In this document: positions 52,348 to 61,842 of the stretch, one piece after another
Numbering within the stretch: position 1 is the first letter of the stretch
Layout: the number at the start of each line of letters is the position of its first letter
Assembly: GCA_002841865.1 (NCBI GenBank)
Contig: PHBD01000006.1
Coordinates: 112,075 to 176,074 of the forward strand
Length of the DNA: 64,000 nt
Reading direction: 5' to 3'
DNA from: Deltaproteobacteria bacterium HGW-Deltaproteobacteria-19
Lineage (GTDB): Bacteria; Desulfobacterota; Syntrophia; Syntrophales; PHBD01
Translations under genes and position numbers: made by a program
Notes under the pieces: model-generated
Told to the model about the DNA's origin: nothing
The model's input: the letters and a program-made list of their open reading frames with translations, nothing else
The model's database searches: none

Positions 52348-53343
52348 ATGAGCGGTAGAATCCGGTTTCTGCTGACCGTTGCCGTTGTGGCTGCCATTGC
52401 CATGGGATTTCCGGTGACCGGCCCGGCGCGGGCCGCCTGGCCCGAGAGACCCGTAACTCTGCTGGTCGGCTTCGCTCCCGGCGGCACCATGGATCTGAGC
52501 GCGAGGGCCCTCGCCCGGGCGACGGAGAAGGTCCTGGGGAAACCGGTAGTGGTCGAGAACAAGACCGGGGGGACGGGAACCGTGGCCCTTGCGGCCCTGC
52601 TTGCCCAGAAGGCCGACGGCTACACCCTCTGCGCCACGCCCAGTTCGGTCCTGATCCGCGTCTCCCAGATGCAGCGGGTTCCCTTCAAGCCGCTGGCCAG
52701 TTTCCGGCCCATTCTCGGCTTCACGACCCCGCAGCTGGGGATCGTGGTGAAGCAGGATGCACCGTGGAAATCCCTGGCGGAGCTGGTCGCCTATGCAAAG
52801 AAACATCCCGGCGGGGTCAAGTACGCCACCACCGGCGTGGGAAGCACAACCCACGCTGCGGTGGAGGAGCTCGCCGCGCGGGAAAAGGTGCGGATGATCC
52901 ATATCCCCTACAAGGGCAGCATCGAGGCGTTGACGGCACTCCTGGGCGGACATGTCGATTTCGCCTCCGTGACCTCGGAATTCATCCCCTCCGTGAAGGG
53001 CGGCCAGGCCCGCCTGCTGGTGACCATGGGGGAGAAGCGGTCGCCCAAGTTCCCGCGGGTGCCGACAATGAAGGAAGCAGGATACGACTTCACCAACGAC
53101 GCAGTCTATGCCGTTGTTGCGCCGGCCGGTCTGCCGCCGGAGATCGCGAAGAAGATCGAGGAGGCCTTCGCCCGGGCCGTCCGGGACCGGGAATTCCTGG
53201 AGGCCCTCGACCGGATCGACCTGGTTCCGGTGTACTACAACTCGAAAGCCTTCAACGAATTCCTGCAGGCCCAGTGGAAGATCATCAACCGGCACCTGAC
53301 CTCGGCGGGCCTCATCCGGCAAGCGGCCACGCCTCCGGAATAG
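52348..53343 (+). CDS. tctC: Tripartite tricarboxylate transporter substrate-binding protein
   Basis: WPERPVTLLVGFAPGGTMD, ADGYTL, IPYKGS..ALLGGHVD. Confidence 0.88.
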   Translation: MSGRIRFLLTVAVVAAIAMGFPVTGPARAAWPERPVTLLVGFAPGGTMDLSARALARATEKVLGKPVVVENKTGGTGTVALAALLAQKADGYTLCATPSSVLIRVSQMQRVPFKPLASFRPILGFTTPQLGIVVKQDAPWKSLAELVAYAKKHPGGVKYATTGVGSTTHAAVEELAAREKVRMIHIPYKGSIEALTALLGGHVDFASVTSEFIPSVKGGQARLLVTMGEKRSPKFPRVPTMKEAGYDFTNDAVYAVVAPAGLPPEIAKKIEEAFARAVRDREFLEALDRIDLVPVYYNSKAFNEFLQAQWKIINRHLTSAGLIRQAATPPE

Positions 53344-53395
53344 GAAGCCGTCGGACCGGGCGGCGGGAGGCGATTTGGGCGATGGGAGCGGAAAC

Positions 53396-53842
53396 ATGAT
53401 CACCCGGGATCGGATCAGCGGCGCACTCTGGCTGCTTGCGGCCGGTTTTGTGACGGTGTCGGGTGTGAACCTCGGAATCGGGGCGTACGACGATCCCGGC
53501 CCCGGCTTTCTTCCCTTCTGGTCCGGCCTCGCGCTGGCCCTGCTGGCCGTCGTTCTGCTCGTCCTGAGCCTCTGGGACCGGGTGCCGGCGGAGGAACGGC
53601 GGATGGGTCTGCCGGGGAGGACCGGCGTTGCCGTTGTCGCCGCCCTTGCCCTCTACTGCTGGCTGCTGCCCTGGCTGGGCTATCTCATCGCGACGACGGG
53701 ACTGATGCTCGTCCTGTTCGGGCTTGGGCGCATGAGGGTCCGCACGGTCGTCCTCGGCTCCCTGCTGGCGGTCTTCCTGAGCTACATCCTTTTTCTCCAC
53801 GTTCTGAAGGTGCCCCTTCCCCGGGGGATTCTACCCTTCTGA
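53396..53842 (+). CDS. tctB: Tripartite tricarboxylate transporter small membrane subunit
   Basis: PGPGFLP, LGY, LKVPLPRG; 4-5 TM helices. Confidence 0.85.
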   Translation: MITRDRISGALWLLAAGFVTVSGVNLGIGAYDDPGPGFLPFWSGLALALLAVVLLVLSLWDRVPAEERRMGLPGRTGVAVVAALALYCWLLPWLGYLIATTGLMLVLFGLGRMRVRTVVLGSLLAVFLSYILFLHVLKVPLPRGILPF

Positions 53843-53867
53843 TCAAGGAGTCGGGAGAGTTTCATCG

Positions 53868-55346
53868 TTGGACATCCTGAACGGTCTCCTTTACGGCTTT
53901 TCCATTGCCACCCAGCCGGGCCACCTCGCCCTGGTTTTCGCCGGCTGTCTGCTGGGGACGCTGGTCGGCGTACTACCGGGTCTCGGACCGGTGGCGGCGA
54001 TCTCCATTCTTCTGCCCCTGACGTTTCATCTGCCGCCCGCCGGGGCGATCATCATGCTGGCAGGGATCTACTACGGGGTGATGTATGGCGGCTCCACCAC
54101 GTCGATCCTGGTGAACGTCCCCGGGGAAACGGCCTCCGTCGTGACCTGCCTGGACGGCTACCAGATGGCCCGCCAGGGCCGGGCGGGGGCCGCCCTGGGG
54201 ATCGCAGCCTTCGGATCCTTCATCGCCGGCACCGTCGGCATCGTCGGCCTGCAGCTGATCGCCGGGCCCCTTTCCTCCGTCGCCCTGAAGTTCGGTCCGC
54301 CGGAATATTTCGCCATCATCCTCATGGGATTCACGTTTGTCACCTACCTGGCCCCGGGATCGTCGCTCAAGGCCGGGATCATGGCCGTCCTCGGCCTGAT
54401 CCTGAGCGGCGTCGGGCTGGATCCGATCACGTCGGAGCAGCGGATGACCTTCGGGGTTCTCAACCTGTTCGAGGGGATCGGGGTGGCCCCCCTGGCCATG
54501 GGGCTCTTCGGCGTCGCGGAGGTCCTGAACCGCCTGGAGCAGGCGTCCTTCGGCAGGGTCCTGCAGGTGAAGATCCGGAGCCTCTTTCCGGACCGGAAGG
54601 ATTGGCTGTCGGCCCGGTGGGCCATCCTCCGGGGAACCCTGATCGGGTTCTTCCTGGGCATTCTTCCCGGCGGCGGGCCCGTTCTCTCCACCTTCATCTC
54701 CTATGGCGTGGAAAAGCGGATCGCGAAGGAGCCGGAGCGGTTCGGCCGGGGGGCCATCGAAGGGGTGGCCGCCCCCGAGGCGGCAAACAATGCCGCCGCC
54801 TCCACGTCCTTCATTCCGCTCTTCACCCTGGGCATTCCGCCGAATGTCGTCCTGGCGGTCCTGTTCGGGGCCTTCCTGGTTCACGGCATTCAGCCGGGCC
54901 CCCTCCTGATCCGCGACCATCCGGACATCTTCTGGGGTGTCGTGGGCAGCATGTACATCGGCAACGTCATGCTGCTCGTCCTGAATCTGCCCCTCATCCC
55001 CCTGTGGGTCCAGGTCCTCCGGATCCCGGACCGGATCCTGTATCCGCTGATCCTCCTGCTTTGCGTCGTCGGCGCCTATTCCATCAACAACAGCGTCTTC
55101 GACATCGGTGTGATGGTGGTCTTCGGCGTCGTCGGTTTTCTTCTGAAAAGGGGAAGTTACGAAGCGGCTCCACTGATCCTGGCGTTCGTCCTCGGACCCA
55201 TGCTGGAGGTGAACCTGCGGCGGTCCCTGTTGATTTCGGGGGGCGACTTCTCCATCTTCTTCACCCGCCCGATCGCCCTGGGGGCCATGATTGTCTGCCT
55301 GTTCCTCCTGGCCCTGTCTTTCCTCCGGGCAAAAAAAGGGAACTGA
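53868..55346 (+). CDS. tctA: Tripartite tricarboxylate transporter large membrane subunit
   Basis: GVLPGLG, YYGVMYGGS, GVAAPEAANNA, LGIP. TTG start. Confidence 0.92.
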   Translation: MDILNGLLYGFSIATQPGHLALVFAGCLLGTLVGVLPGLGPVAAISILLPLTFHLPPAGAIIMLAGIYYGVMYGGSTTSILVNVPGETASVVTCLDGYQMARQGRAGAALGIAAFGSFIAGTVGIVGLQLIAGPLSSVALKFGPPEYFAIILMGFTFVTYLAPGSSLKAGIMAVLGLILSGVGLDPITSEQRMTFGVLNLFEGIGVAPLAMGLFGVAEVLNRLEQASFGRVLQVKIRSLFPDRKDWLSARWAILRGTLIGFFLGILPGGGPVLSTFISYGVEKRIAKEPERFGRGAIEGVAAPEAANNAAASTSFIPLFTLGIPPNVVLAVLFGAFLVHGIQPGPLLIRDHPDIFWGVVGSMYIGNVMLLVLNLPLIPLWVQVLRIPDRILYPLILLLCVVGAYSINNSVFDIGVMVVFGVVGFLLKRGSYEAAPLILAFVLGPMLEVNLRRSLLISGGDFSIFFTRPIALGAMIVCLFLLALSFLRAKKGN

Positions 55347-55405
55347 TCCAATTGGACCAGCTCCCTTTTGTGAACGGTCTTGAAGCTATTATTCAGCCCG
55401 GCAGG

Positions 55406-57202
55406 TCAACTTTCCGCCGGATGGTGAGGATCCTCCCAGGACCCCTCGTAGGCCCGGTGAGGCACGTCGGTCCCCCGCTTCACGTAGTGCGTGTGCAGAA
55501 GCTCGTGGGACTTGTGGCCCAGGGGCTCCTTCAGGAAGATCTCGTAGATCTTCGTGATCGACGGGTTTTCGTGGGACTGGCGGAGCTTCTGGACGTCCTT
55601 GTCGTCCCGGTAGAGGGCCGATGAGCGAAGGATGCGGATCTCGTTGTTCGTCGGGATCGGCTCTCCGCCGCCGGCGATGCAGCCGCCGGGGCAGCACATC
55701 ACCTCGATGAAGGCATAGTTCGCCTTCCCCGCCCGGATCAGGTCCATCAGCTTCCGTGCGTTGCTGAGGCCGTGGGCCACCGCAACCTTCACCTCGCCCA
55801 GGGGGCCGACTGTCAGCGCCGCCTCCTTGACCCCTTCCAGACCGCGGACCGGGGTGATGTCGAGGCTTGGCAGGTTCTCGCCGGTCACCACCGCGTACAC
55901 TGTCCGGAGGGCCGCCTCCATGACGCCGCCGGTGGCGCCGAAGATCGTGCCCGCGCCGGTGTATTCGCCCATCGGGGCGTCGTAGTCCTCTTCCGGCAGG
56001 TTGAGGAAGTCGATGCCCCCCTCCTTGATCATCCGGCCCAGCTCCCGGGTCGTCAGGACGTAATCCACGTCGCGGTAGCCGCTGGAGTTCATCTCCGGCC
56101 GGGAGGCCTCGAACTTCTTGGCCGTGCAGGGCATGATGGAGACAACGATGATGTCCTTCGGATCGATGCCGGCGATCCCGGCGTAATACGTCTTCGCCAG
56201 GGCGCCGAACATCTGCTGCGGCGACTTGCAGGTGGAAAGGTTGTCCAGCAGGTCCGGAAAAAAGTGCTCGCAGAACTTGATCCACCCGGGGCTGCAGGAG
56301 GTGATCATGGGCAGCGTGCCCCCATCCTTGACCCGTTTCAGGAGCTCGTTGCCTTCTTCGATGATCGTCAGGTCGGCAGTGAAGTTCGTGTCAAAGACCT
56401 TGTCGAAGCCCAGGCGCCTGAGCGCGGCGATCATCTTGCCCGTCACGAGGGATCCAGGGGGGAGGCCGAATTCCTCGCCCAGGGCGGCCCGGATGGCCGG
56501 GGCCTCCTGGACGACGACATGCTTCGTGGGATCCTGGAGGGCCTTCCAGACGTCGTCCACGTCGTCCTTTTCATAGAGGGCTCCCACGGGGCAGGCGAGG
56601 ATGCACTGGCCGCAGGCGACGCAGGTGGACTCGATCAGGGGCAGGTTGAAGGCCGGTGTGACCCGGACGTCGCTGCCCCGGTAGGACGGCGTCAGGACGC
56701 TCACCGACTGGATGGATTCGCAGACGGTGATGCACCGGTGGCAGTTGATGCACTTGCGGTTGTCCCGGACGATGGACGGGCTGGACCGGTCGATCATGCT
56801 CTCCGGGAAAGACTCGGGGACGTCGAACCGCATAGAGCGGACGCCCACCATTTCCGCGACTCTCTGGAGCTCGCAGTTGCCGTTGCGGACGCAGAAGTTG
56901 CACTCCTGGGGATGGTTGGAAAGGAGCAGCTCCACGACCATCCGCCGGGCGTTCCGGACGCGGTCGGTCGTCGTTTTGACGACCATCCCCTCGCTGACGG
57001 GGAACACGCAGGAAGCGATCAGGCTCCGCTGGTTTTCCACTTCCACCATGCAGACCCGGCAGGCGCCGGGGGTGTGGCCGATTTCCTGCCAGGCGCAGAG
57101 GGTGGGGATCCTGACGCCCGCCTGCTTTGCGGCATTCAGGATCGTCGTCCCCGGCTCCACGCTGACTTTCTGGTTATCTATGGTCAGGGTTACTTGTGAC
57201 AT
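55406..57202 (-). CDS. hydA: Group A [FeFe]-hydrogenase catalytic subunit (HydA/HndD-like)
   Basis: N-terminal [2Fe-2S], His-ligated [4Fe-4S] (HPQECNFC), 2x[4Fe-4S]. H-cluster motifs TSCSPGW, MPCTAKKFE, EVMCCPGGC. Fused small-subunit tail. Confidence 0.96.
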   Translation of the reverse strand: MSQVTLTIDNQKVSVEPGTTILNAAKQAGVRIPTLCAWQEIGHTPGACRVCMVEVENQRSLIASCVFPVSEGMVVKTTTDRVRNARRMVVELLLSNHPQECNFCVRNGNCELQRVAEMVGVRSMRFDVPESFPESMIDRSSPSIVRDNRKCINCHRCITVCESIQSVSVLTPSYRGSDVRVTPAFNLPLIESTCVACGQCILACPVGALYEKDDVDDVWKALQDPTKHVVVQEAPAIRAALGEEFGLPPGSLVTGKMIAALRRLGFDKVFDTNFTADLTIIEEGNELLKRVKDGGTLPMITSCSPGWIKFCEHFFPDLLDNLSTCKSPQQMFGALAKTYYAGIAGIDPKDIIVVSIMPCTAKKFEASRPEMNSSGYRDVDYVLTTRELGRMIKEGGIDFLNLPEEDYDAPMGEYTGAGTIFGATGGVMEAALRTVYAVVTGENLPSLDITPVRGLEGVKEAALTVGPLGEVKVAVAHGLSNARKLMDLIRAGKANYAFIEVMCCPGGCIAGGGEPIPTNNEIRILRSSALYRDDKDVQKLRQSHENPSITKIYEIFLKEPLGHKSHELLHTHYVKRGTDVPHRAYEGSWEDPHHPAES

Positions 57203-57251
57203 GAATGTCCTCCATTCTATTCATAGAACACCGGCTCCGGTGAAAGAGCGC

Positions 57252-60200
57252 CTATATTTCCGCGTCGCAGCGCAGGCAGCGGCAGGCTTCCGCGATGGCC
57301 AGCTCCCGGGTGAATCCGAGTTCGACCTCCACAAAAGACGCGTTCCGCTGGGCCCCGTGGAGCTCCGGCATCGCCGTTTGAGGTGCTTCCTGAGTTTCCT
57401 CGTCAATGATGAGGGGGATGTCGATTTTTTCTTCAACCGGCGCTTCCCATGCAGGCTCGCCGAGAGCGGACCGGATGTCGGCGTCGATATCTGCCGCCGC
57501 CTGGTGTCCCGCTGCGATGGCGCCAATGACCGTGTCGGGTCCTGTGACGGCGTCGCCGCCGGCGTAGAACTTCGGATTCGTCGTCCGTGACTTGCTGTCC
57601 TTGGCCAGGTCGTAGCAGGCCCATTTGTTGATGACGACGCCGCTGTCCTTGGGGACGAAGGTCATGTCGGGCACCTGGCCGATGGCCGCCACGACGGCGT
57701 CCACGGAGAGGGTGAACTGGGAATCCTTGATGGCGACGGGCCGCTTGCGGCCGCTCCGGTCGAAGTCTCCAAGTTTCATCCGCTCGCAGGTGATGCCGCT
57801 GACCTTGCCGTCCTTCCCCTCGATCCTGAGGGGCGCCGCGAGGAACTCGATCTTGATGCCCTCATCCAGGGCCGCCGTCACTTCCTCCCCTGCGGCGGGC
57901 ATTTCCTTCCGTTCGCGCCGGTAGAGGATGGTCACGTCGGCGCCCATCCGCTTGGCGCAGCGGGCGGCGTCGATGGCCGAGTTCCCGCCGCCGATGACGG
58001 CCACTTTCGACCCGAGGGTCTTGCCGCCCTTCATCCAGGCGTTTTCATCGAGGTTGAAGGCCCGCAGGAATTCCACACCGCCCCAGACTCCCTGGAGATC
58101 CTCTCCGGGGACGTCCATCTTTGTACTCTTGTGGGCTCCCGTGGCCAGGTAGACGTAGTCGAAGTCCTTGCCCAGCCTGTCGAAGGGCAGGTCTTTCCCC
58201 ACCCGGACGTTACAGCGGATCTCGACGCCGAGCTGACGGATGTCGTCGATCTCGCCGTTCAGGATGTTCCGGGGCAGCCGGTAGGACGGAATGGCCCAGC
58301 GCAGCATGCCGCCCGGATCGGGAAGCTCTTCGAAGACCGTCACGGAGTAGCCCCGGAGCGCCAGGTCCCGGGCGGCCGTGAGGCCCGCCGGACCGGCGCC
58401 GACCACGGCGATCTTCTCCTTCCGGGTGGCCGGAACGGGGCTGACCTTGGGTCGCGGGGCGTTGTCGGTGATGAACCGCTTGAGAAATTTGATGGCAATG
58501 GGCTCGTCCATCTTGCCGCGGCGGCACTTGGACTGGCACTTGTGATCGCAGACGCGGCCGCAGACAGAGGGGAAGGGGTTCGTCTTCAGGAGAACCTTGT
58601 AAGCGTCCTCCAACCGCTCCGCCCGGATCAGGCTGATATAGGCCGGAATATCCATCCCGATGGGACAGGTGTTCTGGCAGGGGGATTTGAAGAGGGCCGA
58701 GCAGACGGCCGCCCCGCAGTGCTTGTTCCGGATGTGATCCTCGTACTCCTGACGGAAATAGCGGATGGTGCTGAGCACGGGGTTCGGCGCCGTCTGGCCG
58801 AGGCCGCAGAGGGAGGCATCCTTGATGATTCCCGCCATCTCCTCCAGGAGCTCGATGTCGCCCTCCTTGCCCTTTCCCCGGGTGATGTTCGTGAGGATTT
58901 CAAGCATTCGCTTGGTTCCCTCGCGGCAGGGGGTGCACTTCCCACAGGACTCGTCCTGGCAGAAATCCATGAAGAACCGGGCCATGTCGACGGCGCAGTT
59001 GTCCTCGTTCATGACGATGAGTCCGCCGGAGCCCATGATGGCGCCCAGTTCGGCCACCTTTTCGTAGTCCACCGGGGCGTTCAGGTGCTGGATGGGGATA
59101 CAGCCTCCGGAAGGCCCGCCGAGCTGGGCGGCCTTGTATTTCTTGTTCTTGGGAATACCGCCGCCGATGTCAAAGACGATCGTTCCCAGGGGTGTTCCCA
59201 TGGGGACTTCGACGAGTCCCACGTTGTTCACGTCGCCCGTCAGCGCGAAGACCTTGGTTCCCTTGCTCTTCTCGGAACCGACGCTGGCGTGCCAGGCGGC
59301 GCCTTTCAGGATGATCTGGGCGACGTTGGCCAAGGTTTCGACGTTGTTCAGGACGGACGGACGCTGCCACAGTCCCGCGATAGCGGGGAAGGGCGGCCGC
59401 GGACGGGGCATGCCCCGTTTCCCTTCGATGGAGGTCATCAGTGCCGTTTCTTCGCCGCAGACGAAGGCGCCGGCACCCTGGTAGATCTCCAGGTTGAAGT
59501 CGAAGCCCGTGCCGAGGATGTCCTGTCCCAGGAGCCCCATATCCGTGGCCTGATTGATGGCGACGTTCAGGCGGTGGATGGCCAGGGGGTATTCGGCCCG
59601 GCAGTAGATGTATCCGTGATGGGCGCCGATGGCCTTGGCCGCGATGACCATGCCCTCGAGAACCGCATGGGGATCTGCTTCCAGGACGCTGCGGTCCATG
59701 AAGGCCCCGGGATCGCCTTCGTCGGCGTTGCAGAGAACGTACTTGATGTCGCCGGGGGAGGTGGAGCAGAACTTCCACTTCAGGCCCGTGGGGAACCCGG
59801 CGCCGCCGCGGCCCCGGAGGCCCGAATCCAGCATGACCTGGACGATTTCCGCGGAAGTCATCTCGGTCAGGGCCTTTGCCATGCCGGCATAGCCGTCCCG
59901 GGCGATGTACTCCTCGATCCGCTCCGGGTCGATGAGACCCCGGTTGCGGAGAACCCGCAGCTCCTGCAGGGCGAAAAACGGGATTTCCTGCATCGTCGGG
60001 ATGACCGCTTCCGTGGTCGGCTCCCGGTACAGCAGGCGTTCCAGGACGCGTCCCTTCACCAGGTGTTCTTCCACCAGTTCCGGCACATCCTCCGCCTTGA
60101 TCATCATATAAATAATGCCCTCGGGGTAGACCACCATGATGGGGCCCTGGGCGCAGAATCCGTTGCAGCCCGTTTCCACCACCTTGATCTCCTCGGCGAG

Positions 60201-60308
60201 ATTGCGCTTCATCAATTCTGCCACCAGGGCCTTTTTGACCGCAAGGCTTCCCGAGGCATGGCAGCCTGTCCCTCCGCAGAGCAACAGATGTGAACGAAAT
60301 ACTTTCAT
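57252..60308 (-). CDS. Hydrogenase beta subunit: NuoF/HydB fused to a GltD/NfnB-like FAD oxidoreductase
   Basis: Trx-like [2Fe-2S], GLRGRGGAGFPTG, NADEGDPGAFMDR, GAFVCGEETAL, ESCGKCTPCREG. Then SPCQNTCP..CGRVC, GAGPAGL, GGGNSAID, YRR, AGGD, CRCLRC. Confidence 0.92.
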   Translation of the reverse strand: MKVFRSHLLLCGGTGCHASGSLAVKKALVAELMKRNLAEEIKVVETGCNGFCAQGPIMVVYPEGIIYMMIKAEDVPELVEEHLVKGRVLERLLYREPTTEAVIPTMQEIPFFALQELRVLRNRGLIDPERIEEYIARDGYAGMAKALTEMTSAEIVQVMLDSGLRGRGGAGFPTGLKWKFCSTSPGDIKYVLCNADEGDPGAFMDRSVLEADPHAVLEGMVIAAKAIGAHHGYIYCRAEYPLAIHRLNVAINQATDMGLLGQDILGTGFDFNLEIYQGAGAFVCGEETALMTSIEGKRGMPRPRPPFPAIAGLWQRPSVLNNVETLANVAQIILKGAAWHASVGSEKSKGTKVFALTGDVNNVGLVEVPMGTPLGTIVFDIGGGIPKNKKYKAAQLGGPSGGCIPIQHLNAPVDYEKVAELGAIMGSGGLIVMNEDNCAVDMARFFMDFCQDESCGKCTPCREGTKRMLEILTNITRGKGKEGDIELLEEMAGIIKDASLCGLGQTAPNPVLSTIRYFRQEYEDHIRNKHCGAAVCSALFKSPCQNTCPIGMDIPAYISLIRAERLEDAYKVLLKTNPFPSVCGRVCDHKCQSKCRRGKMDEPIAIKFLKRFITDNAPRPKVSPVPATRKEKIAVVGAGPAGLTAARDLALRGYSVTVFEELPDPGGMLRWAIPSYRLPRNILNGEIDDIRQLGVEIRCNVRVGKDLPFDRLGKDFDYVYLATGAHKSTKMDVPGEDLQGVWGGVEFLRAFNLDENAWMKGGKTLGSKVAVIGGGNSAIDAARCAKRMGADVTILYRRERKEMPAAGEEVTAALDEGIKIEFLAAPLRIEGKDGKVSGITCERMKLGDFDRSGRKRPVAIKDSQFTLSVDAVVAAIGQVPDMTFVPKDSGVVINKWACYDLAKDSKSRTTNPKFYAGGDAVTGPDTVIGAIAAGHQAAADIDADIRSALGEPAWEAPVEEKIDIPLIIDEETQEAPQTAMPELHGAQRNASFVEVELGFTRELAIAEACRCLRCDAEI

Positions 60309-60347
60309 TGGGTTTCCATCCTCCTTCACGTCAGAGATTCCGTCCCG

Positions 60348-60731
60348 CTATTTTACGATTTCCGCGCCCCGTGCGAGGACGAAGGGCGTCTGGATCTCCC
60401 CCTCCAGGACGTGTTTCTTGAATACCTGCCGCATCTTGTTGGCGTCCATATACTCGTATTTGATCGGTTCCTGGCCGATCAGCTCAACCGTGACCAGGGG
60501 CTCGCGGCTGCAGAGACCCATGCAGCCCGAAGTGGTGATGGCCACGTCGATGACACCGGCCTCTTCGATGACCTTCATCAGGGCATCCATGACGTCCCGC
60601 GCTCCCGAGGCGATTCCGCAGGTCCCCATGTGCACGGTGATCTTCGCGCGGCGCTCTCCATCCCGGAGGGCCGTTTCGGCGTGCACCCTCTCCTTGATCT
60701 TTTTGAGATCTTCGATCTTCAGCTTTGCCAT
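60348..60731 (-). CDS. Thioredoxin-like ferredoxin subunit (HndB/HydD-like)
   Basis: VHMGTCGIASGA, SGCMGLCSREP. Confidence 0.88.
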   Translation of the reverse strand: MAKLKIEDLKKIKERVHAETALRDGERRAKITVHMGTCGIASGARDVMDALMKVIEEAGVIDVAITTSGCMGLCSREPLVTVELIGQEPIKYEYMDANKMRQVFKKHVLEGEIQTPFVLARGAEIVK

Positions 60732-60762
60732 AGTGCCGTTCCTCGCCTTTGCAAGAGTCTTT

Positions 60763-61257
60763 TTATTCGTACTGGTTGAGAAGTTCCTTCACCTTGCCGG
60801 GTTTGACGCGTCCATGGACGTCTTCGTCCACCACCACCACCGGTCCCAGGCCGCAGGCGCCGAGGCAGCGCACGGATTCATAGGTGAACCGCCGGTCGGG
60901 TGTGGTCTCGCCTTCCTTGACACCGAAGACTTTCTCAAGTGCCGCCGCGATGGCCTTGCCACCCCGGACATAACAGGCAGTGCCGAGGCAGACCCGGACC
61001 GTGTGCCGGCCCTTGGGTGTCATGGTGAAGAAAGAGTAGAACGTAACGACGCCGTACACACGGCTGAGTGGCAGATTGAGGCCTTCTGCGATCCGTTTCT
61101 GTATTCCGATGGGCAGGTATTCCAGAACCATCTGGGCCTCTTCCAGTACAGGAATCAACCCCCCCGGCTTGCCCCTGTACTTCTCGATGATCGCATCGAG
61201 TTTCACGATCTGTTCCTGTGAAAACTCCTTCAACAGTTCTTCGTTAACAAGTTTCAT
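60763..61257 (-). CDS. NuoE-like [2Fe-2S] subunit (HydC/HndA)
   Basis: VYGVVTFYSFF, VCLGTACYVRG, RCLGACGLGP. Confidence 0.93.
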   Translation of the reverse strand: MKLVNEELLKEFSQEQIVKLDAIIEKYRGKPGGLIPVLEEAQMVLEYLPIGIQKRIAEGLNLPLSRVYGVVTFYSFFTMTPKGRHTVRVCLGTACYVRGGKAIAAALEKVFGVKEGETTPDRRFTYESVRCLGACGLGPVVVVDEDVHGRVKPGKVKELLNQYE

Positions 61258-61288
61258 AAATGCGTTATCCTCCTTCCCGTCAACAGGG

Positions 61289-61837
61289 TCACGCCCCTGC
61301 TTCGATTTCCATTAAACCTTCATCTACCTGCAGGCGGATCCAGGCCAGGATCTCCGGGTGGTTGAGAGGGATATCCCCGATCTCTTCCCGGATCTCCCGG
61401 GTGTCCAGGAGAAAACTCCGCCCTCCCCGCTCGTGGCGGTAAATCAGTTCAATCTTCGGGTGACCCGTGAGGATGGTCACCAGGGTGCCCGCAATGTCGC
61501 CCAGGGGTTGGCGGTCAATGTGCGCGAGTCCGAACGTTACCCGGATCCTCGTCCCCTCACCGGGTTTCGATTCCAGGATCAGTCCGCCTCCGGTTTTCCC
61601 GGCCGCTTCCCCCAGCATGGGAAGCCCCAGGCCGACCCGGCGGACTTTTTTTGTCGTATAGAACGGATCCAGAACTTTTGCGAGGGTCTCTTCCGTCATT
61701 CCGATCCCGTCGTCCCGAATCTCCAGCGTTAAACGGTCCTCCTCCGGATTTTCCCGGATGGTGATAAATATATGCTTCGCCTCCGCCCGGGTGGAGTTTT
61801 CCGCGATGTCCAGCACGTGCAGGGAGAGCTCCAGCAT
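61289..61837 (-). CDS. Stand-alone HATPase_c (histidine kinase-like ATP-binding) protein
   Basis: ELSLHVLDIAENS, DDGIGM, DPFYTTK..RRVGLGLP, HIDRQPLGD. Confidence 0.85.
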   Translation of the reverse strand: MLELSLHVLDIAENSTRAEAKHIFITIRENPEEDRLTLEIRDDGIGMTEETLAKVLDPFYTTKKVRRVGLGLPMLGEAAGKTGGGLILESKPGEGTRIRVTFGLAHIDRQPLGDIAGTLVTILTGHPKIELIYRHERGGRSFLLDTREIREEIGDIPLNHPEILAWIRLQVDEGLMEIEAGA

Positions 61838-61842
61838 CCGGG

